A stretch of DNA of 17,646 nt from Fibrobacterota bacterium. Lineage in GTDB: Bacteria; Fibrobacterota; Fibrobacteria; UBA11236. Location: positions 1-17,646 of the forward strand of contig JAYUVP010000017.1 of assembly GCA_043753995.1 (NCBI GenBank), in the 5' to 3' direction. Under the pieces are notes generated by a model. It was not told the origin of the DNA and made no database searches. It worked only from the letters and a program-made list of their open reading frames with translations. Position 1 is the stretch's first letter; each line of letters opens with the position of its first letter. The translations under genes and the position numbers were made by a program. This document shows positions 15,090 through 17,646 of the stretch, one piece after another.

Positions 15090-17564
15090 ATGAGACACTT
15101 GTGGACGGGGTTTTTACCCTGCTTGTTGCTGTTGGGCTGTGAAGGCCGTCGCGAAGATAATTCGCAAGTCATGGCCACCTTGAAGGGCGAACGATTGACG
15201 CAAGATCAATTCAGTTTGCTGCTGGCCAACACACCGGATGCCCGCAAAGAGGAAGTCCTGAAAAACCCCGAAGAGAAGCGCAACTTCTTTAATACCATGC
15301 TCAAGCGGCGACTGTTTTCCCTCGCCGCCCAGGACGATGGCTTCGGAAAAGCTGAGGCCCTGCAGCGCCGATTCAAAATGACGGACCAGCGCATGGTCAC
15401 CCAGTTCTACTACCAAAACTTCCTGGGGGAGCAGGACGGCTTTTCGCGGGGTGAAATCGAATCCTATTACCAGCAACATGGCTCCCTGTTTGCCGGGGAC
15501 TCGGGCAAAATCAAACCCTTCTCCGAAGTTCGCCAGGCTGTCGCTGACTCGTTGTTGATTTCCAAAACCAATTTGGATTCGGTTTACACCGCCAATAAGC
15601 GAAAGTATTTGCAGCGCGCCTATTGTGAAGTTTCCCTCATTGAAGTGAAAAGCAAGAAAACCGCCGAGCAGGTTCATGCCGAAATTGCCAAGGGCCTCGA
15701 TTTCAAAGCCGCAGTTCAGAAATACTCCTTACATACCAGTAAATCCACGGAAGGCCGCATCGGCCATGCCTCTCCCAGCGAACCGATGTGGGATTTGGGA
15801 AATGGCATCAATATCGACAGCGTCTTTTTCGCTGAAGGCACCAAGGTCGGGGCGGGAAATATGACCAAGCCATTCAAGAAAGACAGCACCTGGATCATCG
15901 CCCGTGCAGATAGCTGCTTCGCTGAAAATACGCCCCCGCTGGCTAAAATTCGCAATCAAGTTGTCCAGGAATTCATCAATTATCACCGTTCCCGGCTTAC
16001 CGATAGCGCTTTGTCGAATTTGAAGAAAAAATACGGAGTACAAATCCGTGATTTGCGTAAGGTCAAGGACACGGCCGGGGTGCTTGCCTTCTATGAAAAG
16101 AACAAGGATTCTTATGTCTCCCCGGAAACCTACCAGGTTTATCACGTTGAAGCCGCTAAGCGCGACCTAGTCGAGAAAAAGCTGAAGGCCGTTAAGGACC
16201 TTGGGGCCTTCAAACAAGTCGCCGCGCAATTTTCGGAGAATACCTGGATTAAATCCGATTCCGGAAAATCCGGGATCATCAAGCGTGATCATTGCTTGCC
16301 CTATGGCATTGGCATGTTGCCTAGCCTTTGGTCGGCGCTCGATACTTTAAAGGCCAATTCGATCGCTGGGCCTTATCAAAACCCCGAAAGCGGTAAATGG
16401 CATTGGTTTTACCTCGTTGAAAAATTTCCACGAAAAGCCAAGGATTTCGCTCGCGTTAAGTCCCTGGTGACCAAAGAATTTCAGGATGAGGTCATAGCCC
16501 AAATCAAGCCCCAGGATACCTTGGCCACCTATGGCCAAAAAGTCGTGCTTGAGTCGGATGTTCAATTCTTGCGGCAGGAAATTCCTCCGCATATGCAAGA
16601 GCGTTATACTCGCGAACAATTGGTGGACTATCTGCTCACCTGGGACTTGACGACTACGGACGGGGAAGCCGTTGGATTGACAGGCGATCCTCGCCTGATG
16701 GCTCAGAGACTGGAAAACGTGGACAACTATTGGTCCGGCATTTATCAGGACTCGGTATTGGCCGTCACCTATGCCATGGACACTGCGCAGTTGAAGGCAG
16801 ATTTCGACAAGAACCATTCGGTGATCACCAAGGATAGCGCCGAGAAAAGCTGGCACAAGTTTCCCCGCGATATTGCCGGCCTGCAAACCCTGACTGAAAA
16901 GGATTTCAAGCTGGAATACGCCACCTATCCTGAGCGATATCAGCGCGACTCCACCGTGGTTGCTTATACCGATGCGCAGTATGATATTTTCCAGAATCTC
17001 AAGGGTGTCGCATATGTGCGCGCTGAAAAAGCCCTTCTGGATAAGCTGAAGACCCGTTTCCAAGTAGTCTTAATGGATTCGACCTTGAATGAACCCGTCG
17101 TCGCCAATGCCACCGAAGGCTATAAGCAAGCTCAGAACCTGCATTATGACCGCAAGCTGGATCAGGCGCTCGGACTCTATGAAAAACTTCGTCTGCAATT
17201 CCCAGACAATGTCGCTTTGCAAGACTCGATTTGTTTCGGGGTGGCTCAGATTTACATCGAACAAGAACGCTTTCAGCAAGCCATGGCCGAATACCGCCGG
17301 GTCAGCTATCTCTATCCGCAAAGCCCCAATGAATACAAAGCCCAATTCATGGTCGGCTTTATTCAAAGTGAACATCTCAAGCAGGATTCTGCTGCGGTTC
17401 GCACCTTCGATGCCATGCTGAAGAAGTATCCGAAAACGGATCTCTCAGATGACGCGGATTGGATGATCCGCAATATTCGCAGCGGCGGCAAACTCATGCC
17501 GGTACTTGAAGGCGACAGCGGTTGGGTTAATCCCGACAGCACGCAAAAAGCGAAGACGAAATAG
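15090..17564 (+). CDS. Lipoprotein PrsA/SurA-like parvulin-type peptidyl-prolyl isomerase/chaperone with C-terminal TPR (BamD/CpoB-like) domain
   Basis: Lipobox LLLLGC. SurA-N-like VMATLKGERLT. Parvulin-like units (SKKTAEQVHAEIAKGLDFKAAVQKYS...EGRIG and YHVE...AFKQVAAQFSE). C-terminal TPR (YKQAQNL...ALGLYEKLRLQFPD, YRRVSYLYPQSP..YKAQFMVGFI, MLKKYPKTDLSDDA). Confidence 0.85.
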   Translation: MRHLWTGFLPCLLLLGCEGRREDNSQVMATLKGERLTQDQFSLLLANTPDARKEEVLKNPEEKRNFFNTMLKRRLFSLAAQDDGFGKAEALQRRFKMTDQRMVTQFYYQNFLGEQDGFSRGEIESYYQQHGSLFAGDSGKIKPFSEVRQAVADSLLISKTNLDSVYTANKRKYLQRAYCEVSLIEVKSKKTAEQVHAEIAKGLDFKAAVQKYSLHTSKSTEGRIGHASPSEPMWDLGNGINIDSVFFAEGTKVGAGNMTKPFKKDSTWIIARADSCFAENTPPLAKIRNQVVQEFINYHRSRLTDSALSNLKKKYGVQIRDLRKVKDTAGVLAFYEKNKDSYVSPETYQVYHVEAAKRDLVEKKLKAVKDLGAFKQVAAQFSENTWIKSDSGKSGIIKRDHCLPYGIGMLPSLWSALDTLKANSIAGPYQNPESGKWHWFYLVEKFPRKAKDFARVKSLVTKEFQDEVIAQIKPQDTLATYGQKVVLESDVQFLRQEIPPHMQERYTREQLVDYLLTWDLTTTDGEAVGLTGDPRLMAQRLENVDNYWSGIYQDSVLAVTYAMDTAQLKADFDKNHSVITKDSAEKSWHKFPRDIAGLQTLTEKDFKLEYATYPERYQRDSTVVAYTDAQYDIFQNLKGVAYVRAEKALLDKLKTRFQVVLMDSTLNEPVVANATEGYKQAQNLHYDRKLDQALGLYEKLRLQFPDNVALQDSICFGVAQIYIEQERFQQAMAEYRRVSYLYPQSPNEYKAQFMVGFIQSEHLKQDSAAVRTFDAMLKKYPKTDLSDDADWMIRNIRSGGKLMPVLEGDSGWVNPDSTQKAKTK

Positions 17565-17585
17565 TTTTTCGCAAATGAAAAAGTG

Positions 17586-17620
17586 AAAAAGGGGATCGCA
17601 AAAGCGGTCCTCTTTTTTTT
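17586..17620 (+). terminator. Rho-independent terminator, probably bidirectional
   Basis: AAAAA-GGGGATCGC-AAAA-GCGGTCCTC-TTTTTTTT, starting about 20 nt after the PPIase stop codon. Confidence 0.85.
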
Positions 17621-17646
17621 GCCCTTTCGGGCGCCGGAGCCTTTAG

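Noticed and set aside
16347..17063. 238-aa minus-strand ORF, and the other alternative-frame ORFs inside tamB and the PPIase gene
   Set aside because: Antisense or out-of-frame to long, well-supported genes, with no domain signatures.
1..17646. CRISPR arrays, IS elements, integrase/prophage or defence genes
   Set aside because: No regularly spaced direct repeats, terminal inverted repeats or transposase/recombinase/nuclease motifs were seen by eye.

Overview
17.6 kb of bacterial chromosome from a diderm. A Fibrobacterota/FCB-group origin is my inference from protein style, not something proven here. Left part, minus strand: an envelope gene cluster read as PEGA protein, [tRNA-Cys on the opposite strand], tandem TolB_N/CsgG-like protein with a Gly-rich C-terminal anchor, membrane-anchored Pro-rich TPR protein, TolB-like PD40 propeller, secreted TPR protein and a family-5 ABC substrate-binding protein that runs off the window and is absent from the ORF track. 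Middle, minus strand: tamB-like gene followed by a tamA/Omp85-like gene. Right, plus strand and divergent from tamB: a tightly coupled four-gene operon of a stand-alone FlhB/EscU C-terminal-domain protein, an RsbW-like kinase, a STAS-kinase fusion and an RsbV-like STAS protein. It is followed by a large PrsA/SurA-like parvulin lipoprotein with a C-terminal TPR domain and an intrinsic terminator. The most notable observations are the FlhB-like/partner-switching operon with a W-(V-W)-V duplicated architecture, the non-canonical Tol-like/TPR operon linked to a peptide-type SBP, and strong enrichment of D-(S/T) O-glycosylation-like sequons in the PPIase, TamA and TamB. No mobile element or CRISPR array was seen.
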